DNA of 64,000 nt from Podarcis melisellensis (taxonomy: Eukaryota), in NCBI GenBank assembly GCA_964234715.1, contig OZ174284.1. One strand, 5' to 3'. How positions within the stretch are numbered: position 1 is the first letter of the stretch; the number at the start of each line of letters is the position of its first letter. Shown one piece after another: positions 1 to 12,169 of the stretch. The notes beneath the pieces are model-generated. The model was not told the DNA's origin and ran no database searches. It was given only the letters and a program-made list of their open reading frames with translations. Position numbers and translations under genes: made by a program.

Positions 1-900
1 CTTACGTCCTTGAGTTCTAAAATAAGCAATCCTGTTGAAGGAACTAAAGACTTGTTTTTGAAAGTCCCCGCAGTCGAACCAGAAAGGATATCCTTGGAGT
101 TGGTGGAAAAGGAAGTCGGAGGAGGGAAAGTGTGGACAAAAAATCTTGAACAGAAATCTATGCTGCCAGGAAACAAAGAAACCCTTTGGATTACAAAACT
201 TGAACAGACGAAACTGAGGAGAAAAGTTAAGGAAGAAGTCCCCGGAAACCATGGAATTTTGAAATTTAAAGGAATAAAGAAACATAACTGGGACTTCCTC
301 CTCTTTTCTGGCCTTGATTATTTGGAGCTTGGGGGATTTTTGGTAGAGTCCTGGCAACAAGTTTCTTTAATGAGGTTTGAATTGGGAGAAGACGAAGCAA
401 TCGTGACAGACACCCTTCGAGACCTGAAGACCAGCAAAGAGGACTATTGGCAGAAAAGCCTGAGAGAGACTGAAAAGGATTTGAGAGCGGTGGATGTAAG
501 GAATCCTGGCTAGGAGTTTAATGAGAGGAGAGTTATTTGGGAAGGGACAGATACCCGGGCAGGGAGGGAGGGGAAAACAGATTCTTAAAAATTTTAGAAC
601 TTTTGGTTATTGTAAATTTGACTCATATTTTAATATAAAAAAGGGGAATTTATGGTATAAAAATTTCGATTGATCTTAGAAAAAGGATTTATTGCATATA
701 AGAGAATAGGATAATAATATTGGGCCTAATAGGGAGAATTAAATTGGAGAATAAGGAGAATAAGTTTAAAGAGGGAAATAAGAACTTGCTGATTTAAACA
801 GGGGAAGTGGGATGTATGTGGGGTGGGTGGGGGGAAGTCATATGTGTTGTTTGTCTTTATAAAATGTGAAAACCCAATAAAAATTTATAAAAAAAAAAAA
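1..900 (+). mobile_element. 3' part of a poly(A)-tailed non-LTR retroelement with an unrecognised ORF (L1-dependent / HAL1-like candidate)
   Basis: Frame is open from base 1 to the stop at 513, then about 370 nt of UTR, AATAAA at 876-881 and an A-tail at 889-900. It joins directly into the middle of a Tigger-like MITE at the GTT/AAGAACT site. Confidence 0.6.
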
Positions 901-1057
901 GAACTTTGCTTCAGGATGAGAACAGAAATCGGGATCTGGTGGCGCAGCAGCAGCAGGAGGCCCCATTAGCTAAAGTGGTGCTTCAGGTTAAGAACAGTTT
1001 CAGGTTAAGAATGGTCCTCTGGAACGAATTAAGTATTTAACCTGAGGTACCACTGTA
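899..1057 (+). mobile_element. Tc1/mariner-Tigger-type MITE family A, 3' half (interrupted by the upstream retroelement)
   Basis: Matches the 3' half of the intact copies at 20985 and 58723 and ends GAGGTACCACTG + TA. Confidence 0.9.
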
Positions 1058-1747
1058 GTTCATTCATTAAGCTGTCACAAGAACTGTACAGAATCCATGA
1101 TTTCAAGCAGCCCGGCAATTGAAATTTTGATGGAATAATCTACAACTGGTGCCAGTGCCATGCTATTTTGCACACCAGGCAAGGTTAACTGCTTGCACAC
1201 AAACATACCCCTCAGCTGGAGCACTGTAGGCTCGGAACAGGTGAGGGTCACCTGCCTCATCAAGCCCAGATGCTGCAATCAGCACACAAAGTTTAAAAGG
1301 GAAGCAGAACTGAGGTGCTGGGTCTGCTCAACTCTTGGTGGGTCTCAGCTTGGGTGCACTAGGATCTCTGAGGGACTTTGGATACATGGATTGACCCTGG
1401 GCTAGGAACTTGATGTACTGACTTGCTGCCAGGTAGGCCAGGGGTTCAAGACCTTCACAAAGAACGGTCTAACAAAACAGATTTGATCTTTCTGTATTTT
1501 ATTAAGATGACAGTGCAAGAGCACCCACATCTCACTGAGGTCAGTGGCAGTTTGGGGTGTATTGCTCTTGATTTATTTTTTTTAAAAAAACCCATTCCCC
1601 TCAGAAGCACTCTTCCCATCTCCTGGCATCAGATTTGAGGGCAGAGCTGTTGACAAACCAAGCCAGAAGGACAGGGCAGCTCCTACAACACAGTCCTTTC
1701 CTCAGATAGCTATATATTTAATATTTCATGTTGCAAGACAGTCTTCA

Positions 1748-1771
1748 TCTATCTATCTATATCTATCTATC
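1748..1771. repeat. (TATC)n microsatellite
   Basis: Direct inspection. Confidence 0.9.
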
Positions 1772-2340
1772 ATCTTCCCATGACAGGTCAGCGCTGTAGT
1801 TTTGCTCACCTTTTGCTTAGGAACACCACTGTTGTCTTTGTCCCTTGTTTTCTGGTATCACCACTTTAATTACAGGAGCAGATGTGTTAATCCGGATAGA
1901 ACACGACTTCCAAAAAATAAAATTAGATGTTCAATTATATTTGGGTACTTTTCAATTCTTCCCAGAGGCTGATGACACTTATTGGATTTATTCCCCACCC
2001 CCTCTAACCCTGAAATATGTGGAAATTGGAACTTTATCCAATTTACTAGATATGGGCTGCACAAAGAGGCAGGATAACCCTCAAGATCATTTTAACTATT
2101 GGCCTGATGTGGAACTCCTCTGAATCAGAGATTGTACATTTATCTGAGAATGGAACTTCTCCTAATAAGATGCTCCAGGCTTGAGATAAAAAGCCATGGG
2201 ACAGCCATTTCTACTTGTTCTGCATAACTTGGAGCTATAGCATGAATTCACAATTGCCTTTATTATTAAATGTATTTTCTAAATAGTACTGAAGCTGGAG
2301 CATACAGTTTTGATTTTAAATAACTGAGCTGAAACTACTA

Positions 2341-3193
2341 TACAGTGGTGCCCCGCTAGACGAATGCCTCGCAAGACGAAAAACCCGCAAGACGAAAGGG
2401 TTTTTCGGTTTTTGCGACGCTTCGCTAGACGATTTTCCCTATGGGCTTGCATCGCAAGACGAAAGCCCATAGGGAAATCTCGGGGACCTTTTTTTAAATG
2501 CTGGCGGTGGGGAGCAAAGCCTTCCCCCCCCTCCGGACTTCAGAAGAGGTCCAGGAAGGCCGGCGGGGGCGAAAGGCTTTGCTCCCCACCGCCAGCATTT
2601 TAAAAGCGGTCCGGGATAGCAGGGAAGCGCTTCCCGCTATCCCGGACGGCTTTTGAAGGCAGGCAGGGGGGGCAAAGACTTTTGCCCCCCCTGCCTGCCT
2701 AACCGGGGGCTTTTAAATCGCCCCGGGACTGTCCGGGGCGATTTAAAAGCCCCCGGACGGCTTTTGAAGCCTCCCCCCCCGCCCGGCTTCGGGGCATCAT
2801 CCCGATGCCGGGCGGTGGGGCAGGAACGCCTCCCCCAGCCGCCCGGCATCGGGGCATCGTCCCGATGCCGGGCGGTGGGGCAGGAAAGCCTCCCCCAGCC
2901 GCCCGGCATCGGAACGATGTCCCGAAGCCGGGCGGCCGGGCGGGAAAGCCTTTGTCCCCCCTGCCTGCCTTCCCAGGGGCTTTTAAATCGCCCCGGACAG
3001 CGGAGAAGTCCTCCGCTGTCCCGGGCGATTTTAAAATGCCGCCCGCCAGAAGAGGTCGGGGGAAGGCTTTTTCCATAGGAACGCATTAATTGATTTTCAA
3101 TGCATTCCTATGGAAAACCGTGCATCGCAAGACGAAAAACTCGCAAGACGAAGAGACTTGCGGAACGAATTAATTTCGTCTTGCGAGGCACCA

Positions 3194-3198
<5 letters not shown>
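2341..3198. mobile_element. Tigger-type non-autonomous DNA transposon with GC-rich palindromic interior
   Basis: TA-CAGTGGTGCC...GGCACCACTG-TA termini, subterminal CGCAAGACGAA repeats, CpG-rich nested inverted repeats and three ~60-bp tandem hairpin units at ~2769-2950. Confidence 0.88.

Positions 3199-3238
<40 letters not shown>
3197..3238. repeat. (TA)n microsatellite continuing from the MITE TA target site
   Basis: Direct inspection. Confidence 0.95.
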
Positions 3239-3241
<3 letters not shown>

Positions 3242-3330
3242 TGTCTTCCTTTCCATTCTTCTCTTTTGTTTTAGGTAGTGTAATGTTGCTAATACGAATA
3301 TTTGTGCAGCATTGTGATGTCATACCATTT

Positions 3331-4504
3331 CTTCTTCTTCTTTGGCAATCACTCGTAGCTTAGTAAGATTGTCTTCCATAAACACGGTTTCAACAATGAG
3401 TCCGTAAGTGACTGTGGAGGCCAATTCTGAATCCACACGTCCTTCCACAGTGGGGACATTGTTTCCCAGGCGGGAGTGTGGATTTGCCAAGTATGTCTTC
3501 CTCTTAGCATGTTTCTCCATTGTGCTCTTGAGTTCAAGTGTCTTCAAAGTCCATGACACCTTTGGTAAAAGCTGTTCTCCAACTGGAGCGCTTGCAGGCC
3601 AGTGTTTCTCAGTTGTCGGTGTTTATACTACATTTTTTAGATTTCCCTTGAGACAGTCTTTAAACCTCTTTCGTTGACCACCAGCATAACACTTTCCATT
3701 TTTAAGTTCAGAATAGAGTAGTTGCTTTGGAAGACAATCATCAGGCATCCACACAACACAACCAGTCCAACGAAGTTGATGTTGAAGAATCATTGCTTCA
3801 ACACTGGTGATCTTTGCTTCATCCAGTACACTGATATTAGTTCACTTGTCCCCCCAAATGATGTGTAAGATTTTTCAGAGACACTGTTGATGGACTCTTT
3901 CAAGAAGTTTGAGGTAGCGTTTGTAGGTGGTCCATGTTTCACAAAGCATACAGTAAGGCTGGTAGTATAATAGCTTTGTAAACAAGCATTTTGGTTTCTC
4001 TGTGTATGTCCTGGTCCTCAAACACTCTGCACCTCAATCAGGAGAAAGCTGCACTCACAGAGCTCAGGCGATGCTGGATTTTGGCATCAGTGTTGACCCT
4101 TGTGGAACGATAACTGCCCAGGTAGGAGAAGTGATCGTCATTTTCCAACGTTACACCATTGAGTTGGATTTGTGGTGCTGCAGAGGGATTATTTTGTACT
4201 TGTTGGTGCGGCACTTTGGTTTTTTGGATGTTGAGTGACAGGCCAATCTTTTCGTAAGCTTCTGCAAAGATATTTAGCATGGTTTGGAGGTCATCCTCTG
4301 AGCGTGCGCACACTACGTTGTCATCAGCATACTGAAGCTCTATGACGGAAGTTACGGTAACCTTACTCTTTGCTTTCAGCCTGCCCAGATGGAAGAGCTT
4401 TTCATCTGTTAAACAGAGTTGTGTTGTTGCCCCAAATCTATTCATTATTTTCATTGCCATGATCCTACACTCTGTCGAAGGGAAACTCCCCACTGGGGGA
4501 GAAA
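3331..4504 (-). mobile_element. 5'-truncated, 5'-inverted RTE-clade LINE (decayed reverse transcriptase)
   Basis: Minus strand encodes TDEKLFHLGRLKAKSKV...ELQYADD...GLSLNIQKTKV...FSYLGS. There is a (GAA)n tail at 3329-3341 and TSD TCATACC(A/G)TTT at 3320-3330 and 4505-4515. Segment 4408-4509 is in the opposite orientation. Confidence 0.9.
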
Positions 4505-5389
4505 TCATACCGTTTACCATGATTTTAAAGGGTGAATATTGATGCAATCAAAGTGTTTTTCAGGAATGATGTCTGCCTCACCAAATTTGCTAATTTCTAC
4601 CCAAACAAATAAAGCTGTAGAGTGCCCTATGTGGCTCAAATCTGGGGATTTTTATTGCTAGAATTTATAATTGCACCCAAGAATTCCAGTTCAACTATCT
4701 TTTATTGCTGACTCCAGATCCACGTAGTGCTTCCAGTTGTAAAGGCTTCCACGTTTGCTTCAGTATGAAAGAAAGTTCAGCCCTCGCAAAGGGAGGTCTA
4801 CAACGAGCTCACACATTTCTTCAAAGTGAATAAGCCTAGTTACGCAACCTTATGAGCATAGAGTTCAATTCCAAGCGATACCAAGAAGGCCCCATCCCTC
4901 ATTAATTTCATAAGGGCCTAAAAAAATTTCCCAGCATGTTCTTGGGGGCTAACTGGATGCTGTGTTTTTAGAGCTAGTTGGGTTATTTTTCTTTCCCTTT
5001 ATGGTGCTTTGGGTATTTTGGGATGGGTGTATATGTTTGAAATGTTTAATGGATTTAATGTTAATTTTATGGGATTTGGATTTTATACAGCCGTAAACTT
5101 GGGGCAGGATTAATCTAACGTGTTCTATCAGTGCAAGCCCTGTGTGAGGGCTTCTACTTGTGCAACGAAGTGCTTGCTATTTTGTTGAAGATGATTTGAA
5201 CTCGATTAAACTCCACCCTGAATCAGAGAACGATATAGTCAAGTTTTGCTTTTACGTACCATTGATTTCAGTCAATGCAAGTAGCTCTTTTGCTTTGAAA
5301 TTACCGAAACGCAGGTGATCTTAACTTCGGATGGATTATGACCACAAATCTACCTGGAGCGTTTCCATGTAGTCATTTAAAATATTGCC

Positions 5390-5900
5390 ATCAAAGTTAT
5401 GACTACCCAAGGCTAGAAAATTAATGTTGGTCTAATTAACTAAGGAGAGGAGGCAGTTTTCTCTGTGATCTGTAAAGTATTCTGCAGCTGGGAACAGGTT
5501 AAAAAAATTAAGATTTCTGTCCATATTATAATAGTATGCTGTATTTGGCCTCAGGTGGTTGGGAGTCTTATGGTGATGACCACAGCCATTTCAGATAGAT
5601 TAATTTCTAATCTCCGGAGTTAATTTTAGCTAATTTGTTTAAAAGTTTAATTAGTATTATATCTCCACATTAAATTGCATAATAATCTATTTTTTAAGAA
5701 ACTCAATTTTTCAGCTGCCTCATTTGAAATATAGTTAATAAGTAGAAAACTCTTTTCAGAAATTAAAGGCACATTGTTGATACAGAAAAGTCGCTTGCAA
5801 AGTGGCGATATAGCTAATTCAACAGCAAATAAACAATGGAGACTTGAAATCTTTAAAACATGGAATTAGTCAATCTAAATAAAATATTTGTTACATACAC
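5390..5900. promoter_or_regulatory. Putative conserved non-coding element (TAAT-dense)
   Basis: TE-free AT-rich block with many TAAT/ATTA homeodomain cores. Conservation not tested. Confidence 0.3.
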
Positions 5901-7918
5901 AAGTCAAATAATAATCCCAGTATGACCCTTCTTTGCACTGCTTGATGTACAGAACCCATGCATGAGCAGGTCTACATAGAGGGATGATCTCAATAGGCCT
6001 CTGTAGACTTTAAGGGAATGAGATCTTCTTCTCCAAACCTAACTACAGGATGGCATGCTGCCCCAGTGCAAGGTGCCAGATGATATGCCTGGCCAAGGAC
6101 CACCCATCCTATATACATGGGGGGCATTGTTGCAGTCAAACCAACAGCTCATGCTTTGCCAGATTGGCACTGGAAAGGGCTGAGGCTCGCAGAGCTTTCC
6201 TGAAACAAATTGCTAGAGAACTCTGTGAAATTGCTTTCTTGTCTGTCTTGGCAGAAAGCTGTAACACTACATACTTCCTTCATGTCTGAGTAGCCTCCTC
6301 TTTCTTCATCATGCTTCCAAACTGACCAGTAGTGCATCTCTTAGCTTTGCAGCTCAGATAGCAGTTATAAGCCGGCCTTCATTTTGCTACTGTAATTGCT
6401 GCTTCAAGACCTAGATTATGTAAGTAAATACTGCTTTTATTTCTTCACAAAACTTTTAAGGTGGAGAAAATGGATAATACCAGGGGAAATTCAGTCTGCC
6501 TAAAAGAATCCTGCATTATTGTTTCTAGAAGGTTGTATCAACCTTGTCTTAGCTTCTAAGCTTAAGTGGCAAAGGATGGGTAGTCTGCTGATCTCACTAA
6601 TGTGAGCATGGAAAGATATTAACTAAGCAATACATAATCTCTTGATGTCTAAATCCATTCCTACAATATTCTCTCATTTGTGGGCATTGAATTCTGTGGG
6701 TGAGGCCTAATAATCTTCAGATTGTTTTGTCCCAACTGCTAGCTCCATGATTGTGGGGGGGCTGAAAGAAGTAGAACATGCAAACTGAGAATACTTTTAT
6801 GTGCTCTGGTCTTCTTGAGTATTCTGTGCAAAGTGGCAGTGGTCAGATGGTGAGGCCTCTCTTGGTCCTAGGGTGCATGGCTTCCTTACTCCATTACAGA
6901 GCAAGCCATAGATTGAACCAAGCAGAGATCACTAATCTAAGTTTCCTCTCATTCAGGGCAGTGATTATACTCTCTTCCCAGCTCCTGAAATCCTTCCCTA
7001 GGCAGTCTAACAGCAAAGGCGCTTTCTTTTACTTCTCTTCATTCTCTCTCCTTTTGTTTTTCTTGCTGAAACCAATCCTGAACTGCTGCAATCTTTTCCC
7101 TCCCTTTTCTAGGCAACCAACCCTCTCTTCCCAATGGGTAGCTGGTTCCTTCACATTCTCAGGTGCCACACTCTCTCCAGGGGAGATCTATATTTTTGTC
7201 CTCCTCTGGCTGCCTCTCCTGCTCTATGTACACCTCCTGAGTTTTTCTAAAACCACGTGATAATGCCATTTTTAGAAAAGCAATAGCTTTGTCTACATCT
7301 AACTATTTTTTAAAAGATTATTTATTTTCATACAATTTAATTTCCTGTCCTTCAGTTCAGTCGGAACTCTCAAAGTGTTTCACAATTAAAAGATGAAGCA
7401 ATAGAAATGCATGATCTATTACAACGCACAGGAAGTAAAAGCAACAAATAGACGGGGGGTGGAGTTGGAGAAGTCAGCAAAATTAAAGTTTCAAAGCTGA
7501 ATATAAAAAAACTAAAAGGAACAAAGGAAAATTGCTGAAAATGGGCTCCAGGCCAGTGTCTCTGGGAAACGACTTGCACCACGAAGCATGTCCTCTCCCT
7601 CTTGTTATCTCCCACCTCTACAGAAGATGCAAGTACTTGTATTAGGACCAGTGTAGACAATCTCAATATTTTGGAATGCTCATGTAGTCTACACTATAGA
7701 AGTAAGAAGCCCTTTAGATATCCAGGTCCCAAGCTGTATAGGCCTTTAATGGCTAAAGCCAATTGCGTCTACCAGACCAGCAACCAATTAAGCTGAGGAC
7801 CTGACACAGAAATGAATTAGAACATTTATTGGAGCTTCAAATGCTTACAATCAAAAAACGAACCAGGAACTGAAAGATGGGAATTAAGGAAACAACAGGT
7901 TTATGCAAACATATTATG

Positions 7919-8273
7919 GGTAAAGGTAAAGGGACCCCTGACCATTAGGTCCAGTCGTGACCGACTCTGGGGTTGCGGCGCTCATCTCGCTTTATTGGCC
8001 GAAGGAGCCGGCGTACAGCTCCCGGGTCATGTGGCCAGCATGACTAAGCCGCTTTCTGGCGAACCAGAGCAGCGCACGGAAATGCCGTTTACCTTCCTGC
8101 CAGAGCAGTACCTATTTATCTACTTGCACTTTGACGTGCTTTTGAACTGCTAGGTTGGCAGGAGCAGGGACCGAGCAATGAGAGCTCACCCCATTGTGGG
8201 GATTTGAACCACTGACCTTCTGATTGGCAAGTCCTAGGCTCTGTGGTTTAACCCACAGCGCCACCCACGTCCC
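7919..8273 (-). mobile_element. Sauria SINE
   Basis: Reverse complement of the GGGACG..GGTGGCGCTGTGG...GGGGTCCCTTTACCTTTACC consensus seen in the other copies. TSD ATATTATGGGTAAA. Confidence 0.95.
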
Positions 8274-9600
8274 TATATTATGGGTAAAAGAAGATAATAT
8301 CCATGGCTGGCCCTACCATTAGACAACGTGAGGTAGCTACCTCAGGTGGCAAAGGCTGGGTGGCCGGGATCAGCAGCAACGTGTTAGAGGACTTGAGGGC
8401 TGCCCTGAACTCCCTAAAGTAGCCTCCTGCCCCCGGCTGCAATGGAGAGCACTGTAAGATACAACTACCAGACTTCTGGACATTGACTAGAGGGTACTAT
8501 CTTGTGCTTTTCCTGAGACATCTTGAGATGACTGTCAATGCCAGATGTTTTGTAGCTGCTACAGGGCTGTTTGGATTCAACTGAACCTGCGGAGTCCCCT
8601 TTTCATAGACTTCATCCCAAGGCAACAATTATTTTGATATTCAGACAGAAGACAATGAATAAAACATGGAAAATAGGAAGAAGAAAAAGATACTCTGCTG
8701 CTGACGCTGATGCTGGGAACAAAGATCATGAGCTCTTATCCATTTTGTCCTGTTTATGAATATCTGAAATATCTGGAAGCAGATCTAGGTGGCCACTGTC
8801 CTGAAAAGATGGACTCGGACGGTTCCCAGAACGACAATGCCTATGTTCTTGTGCCTATATGAATGTTAGGGAAATGTATTCCCTTTCATATTGCTTACAC
8901 ACACCTCGGCCATAAATCTCTTTAGTCTCTCACTAGCTCATATTCCCATAAACATTTCATGCAGTTTTCACCTGCTTTGTAAATCACTCTTTATATTAGC
9001 AAGGAGGGTTTGCAGTGTGCAGGGAGTATTAACAGCAGGAAGACAGCGCAGGAGTAGATGACTAAATGGTAGATTCCCTATACATTTGAGGAAAAAAATG
9101 TCGGGGGCTTGAAACGCTGCCAGACTATTCCCTTTCTCCCCCCACCCCCCGTCCCGCAAACACACAATAGGGTTCAAAAGCGGTCTACATGCTGCCATGA
9201 AATTTTGGCAGCTGTCATATGCACACAGAACCCTTCAGGTGGATAGGGCTAGGCTGAGAGAGAATGGTGGAAGAGAATTGGAATAATCCAGAATGGATGG
9301 TTTTGATAACAAGGGGTGACCCTTTACATTTTAAAAGTTTGGGAGGAGTAACTGATCTTGGAGGATGAAATTCCTCTGAGGACAATGCCCCCTTCACCTG
9401 CAAATATTTTCATGGATTGTTATCTATTCACCCCATTGAGACCCATGGGAAAGTTGTGGGGGCTGCTATACAATTAACCAGAATGGGGGGGGGGAATGTA
9501 GGACAAGCAGTTTCATATAACTTAGCTTAACTAATGCATGAACGGGTTAATGCCAGTCTTAGTTAGGTCACTTCGCCCCCCACCTTCAGGAAAAGGAAGT

Positions 9601-9895
9601 TGAAATATACTCTGAGTCAAATGTGGATTCCATGCTCTTTATTCAGCTCATAGTAGGGAGGAATGGATGTTCGCCCAGAATGTCTGCTTTATATACATTA
9701 TTTACACAATGGGCCCCACGTTATTGGCTAATTCTGGGATTCTCCTGTAGGCCAATCAGGTTGCAGATTCACTTCCACCTGGAGTTGGATTGGGTGGCTC
9801 CTGCAGACCAATCAGACTGCTGCCTTCTGAATCCTATTGTTCTAGGGCCAATCAGACTGCTGCATTTTGGATCCTATTCAACTCAGTACATAACA
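9601..9895 (-). mobile_element. Short solo LTR (CCAAT-rich family)
   Basis: TG...CA ends, 5-bp TSD GAAGT, homologous to 49949-50190, with AATAAA and TATA-like motifs on the minus strand. Confidence 0.85.
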
Positions 9896-11071
9896 GAAGT
9901 CAAGCCTATTGTTCCTTCGGTCTACTTGGGAACTCTGGTGTGGAAAGGCATGTGGGCTGGTTGATCCAAGCTCAGATCACATGGCCTTCTACAAGACATT
10001 CTTGTGTTCCTATACCAATAATTTGGCAACCTTCACCACTGTAATGAGCCCAAGTCTTACTGCCTGCGTTTTCTGAATGCTGTATGGAAGAACACATGAA
10101 TTTGACTTGTGGGGAGTTTGTAAGTAAACAGATTTTAGCTTTCCAAATGTGTGGTCTTTTCCTATGCAGGGAAAGTGGGAAACTTTGGAAGGAACTCACA
10201 AGGGCATATTTTAAAGGTTTAACAGCCTATATTACCACACTTTACTTTGCGGCATATTTTGTGATTTTAAATCTCAGCTGGGGTTCTCCTAGCAAAATGT
10301 ACTTGCCCCACATCTGGATCTTGGCATCCAAGGAATTCTCTTTTTATACCTATATTTTTTCATTGCCAATGAACAGGGGAGAGCTCATCTCCTTCTGTGT
10401 ATTCACTAAGAATCCAACCATTCACAAGGTCTCTTGTGTATAATATGCACATCCTCCCCTCAGTCTTGTGCATGACATTTTCAGTCTGCAATCTGTTGAA
10501 TGGTGTGTGACTGGTTGAATCATCACCAGCGCTGGTGATAAGGCCTTAATGACAAAAACAATTTCTCCAAATGCAGTCACTCTGAATTAACAATATCTGA
10601 TGTCTCAATTAAGATTTTATTTTGTTAAGTAAAAGAAAAATAATCTAAAAGAAACACACACACACACACAAACTTATGCTTTATTTTAGAAATGAGACAT
10701 AGGATTTGAGAGAGCTGGCATAGATTTTAATGACTGTAGGAACTTAGCTTGCTATGTCCCTCATTTTGCTCCTTAACCCCTTTAGCCTTTTGTCTAGTGT
10801 CAGTTTGCAAAGTATAAGACAGCCATCCCAAAGGAAGCATCAGCAGTAGAAAGACACTATTGCCTTCCTAACCTCTTGTACTCTCTATCTCATCTACATC
10901 CTGAAGCTGGCTGAGAGTCTAAATGATTATGGAGAGAGAGAGAGGCTGTTGAAAATTTAATTTAAGGCTATCCAATGCAGATATTAGTTCTACTGCATGC
11001 ACAAGTACCCTTGACCATCTTGTTTCTGGTTCCATCCAATTTAGTTTTTGTTGGTACATGTTTGCACAAAC

Positions 11072-11300
11072 TACAGTGGTACCTCGGGTTAAGTACTTAA
11101 TTCGTTCCAGAGGTCCATTCTTAACCTGAAACTGTTCTTAACCTGAAGCACCACTTTAGCTAATGGGGCTCCTGCTGCCGCTGTGCCGCCAGAGCACGAT
11201 TTCTGTTCTCATCCTGAAGCAAAGTTCTTAACCCGAGGTACTATTTCTGGGTTAGCGCAGTCTGAAACCTGAAGCGTATGTAACCCGAGGTACCACTGTA
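11072..11300 (-). mobile_element. Tigger-type MITE family A
   Basis: TIR CAGTGGTACCTCGGGTTA with TA TSD, opposite orientation to the 20985 copy. Confidence 0.93.
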
Positions 11301-11819
11301 TTGTGCTTGTTGACATGTGTATGTGTGTATGTGTGTGGTTGGAAGCACTGTAGAGGTGAAATTGACAAGGAACAAAGCTTGCCGGTCTCAGTTCATATAT
11401 GCAGGGTAAAACTTGCTGGTTCTCTTGTGAGTTGGTGTTCTGAGACAGTTTGATCCTTAAGTATGTATATGTAATGCTAATACTTCCTTACTGAAATGTG
11501 TTTATAGGAACTACAAAGCAAGAGCTCCTTTTTAGTTTGATGCCAAAGAGCTCCCTCTGTGCACCACAAGGAGAATAGCTCTTTAACACCAGTAATTACA
11601 AAAAACAGATCTATTCATCCACTGTTCAGCTCGACATAGATATTAATAAACACAAACCACTAAATACCCCAAGTCTCCAGATTTACCCTGGACCAATTCA
11701 CACCCCAAGGTTTCTTAAATAATTGCATATATCATATGATGGATTAAGTAAACATGGCTTTCATAGCTCAGCTGGGGTGGACTGCAAGTTTTTTGCTCCA
11801 ACCTATTGATGAGAGTGAC

Positions 11820-12169
11820 GGGATGTGAGTGGCGCTGTGGGTTAAACCACAGAGCCTAGGACTTGCCAATCAGAAGGTTGGCGGTTCGAATCCCCGCAAC
11901 GGGGTGAGCTCCTGTTGCTCAGTCCCCCTCCTGCCAACTTAGCAGTTTGAAAGCACATCAAAGTGCAAGTAGATAAATAGGTACCACTCCGGTGGGAAGG
12001 TAAACGGCGTTTCCGTGAGCTGCTCTGGTTTGCCATAAGCAGCTTAGTCATGTTGGCCACATGACCTGGAAGCTGTACACTGGCTCCCTCGGCCAATAAA
12101 GTGAGATGAGCGCCGCAACCCCAGAGTCGGTCACGACTTGACCTAATGCTCAGGGGTCCCTTTACCTTT
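11820..12169 (+). mobile_element. Sauria SINE
   Basis: tRNA-like head with B box GGTTCGAATCC and ACCTTT tail. TSD TATTGATGAGAGT at 11804-11816 and 12170-12182. Confidence 0.95.

Noticed and set aside
1810-2010. Minus-strand segment bounded by acceptor-like (TTTCAG) and donor-like (AG/GTGAGC) sites
   Set aside because: All three frames contain stops and no protein is recognisable. At most a non-coding exon, unsupported without RNA data.
2637-3089. Four overlapping 94-149 aa Pro/Gly/Arg-rich ORFs
   Set aside because: They arise from the stop-poor GC-rich palindromic interior of a MITE and are open on both strands.
6778-7260. 160-aa ORF
   Set aside because: Leu/Ser/Phe-biased translation of a pyrimidine-rich tract with no domain or splice support.
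11820-11900. tRNA-like A/B boxes in SINE heads
   Set aside because: These are SINE promoters, not tRNA genes: there is no cloverleaf and they continue into the SINE body.
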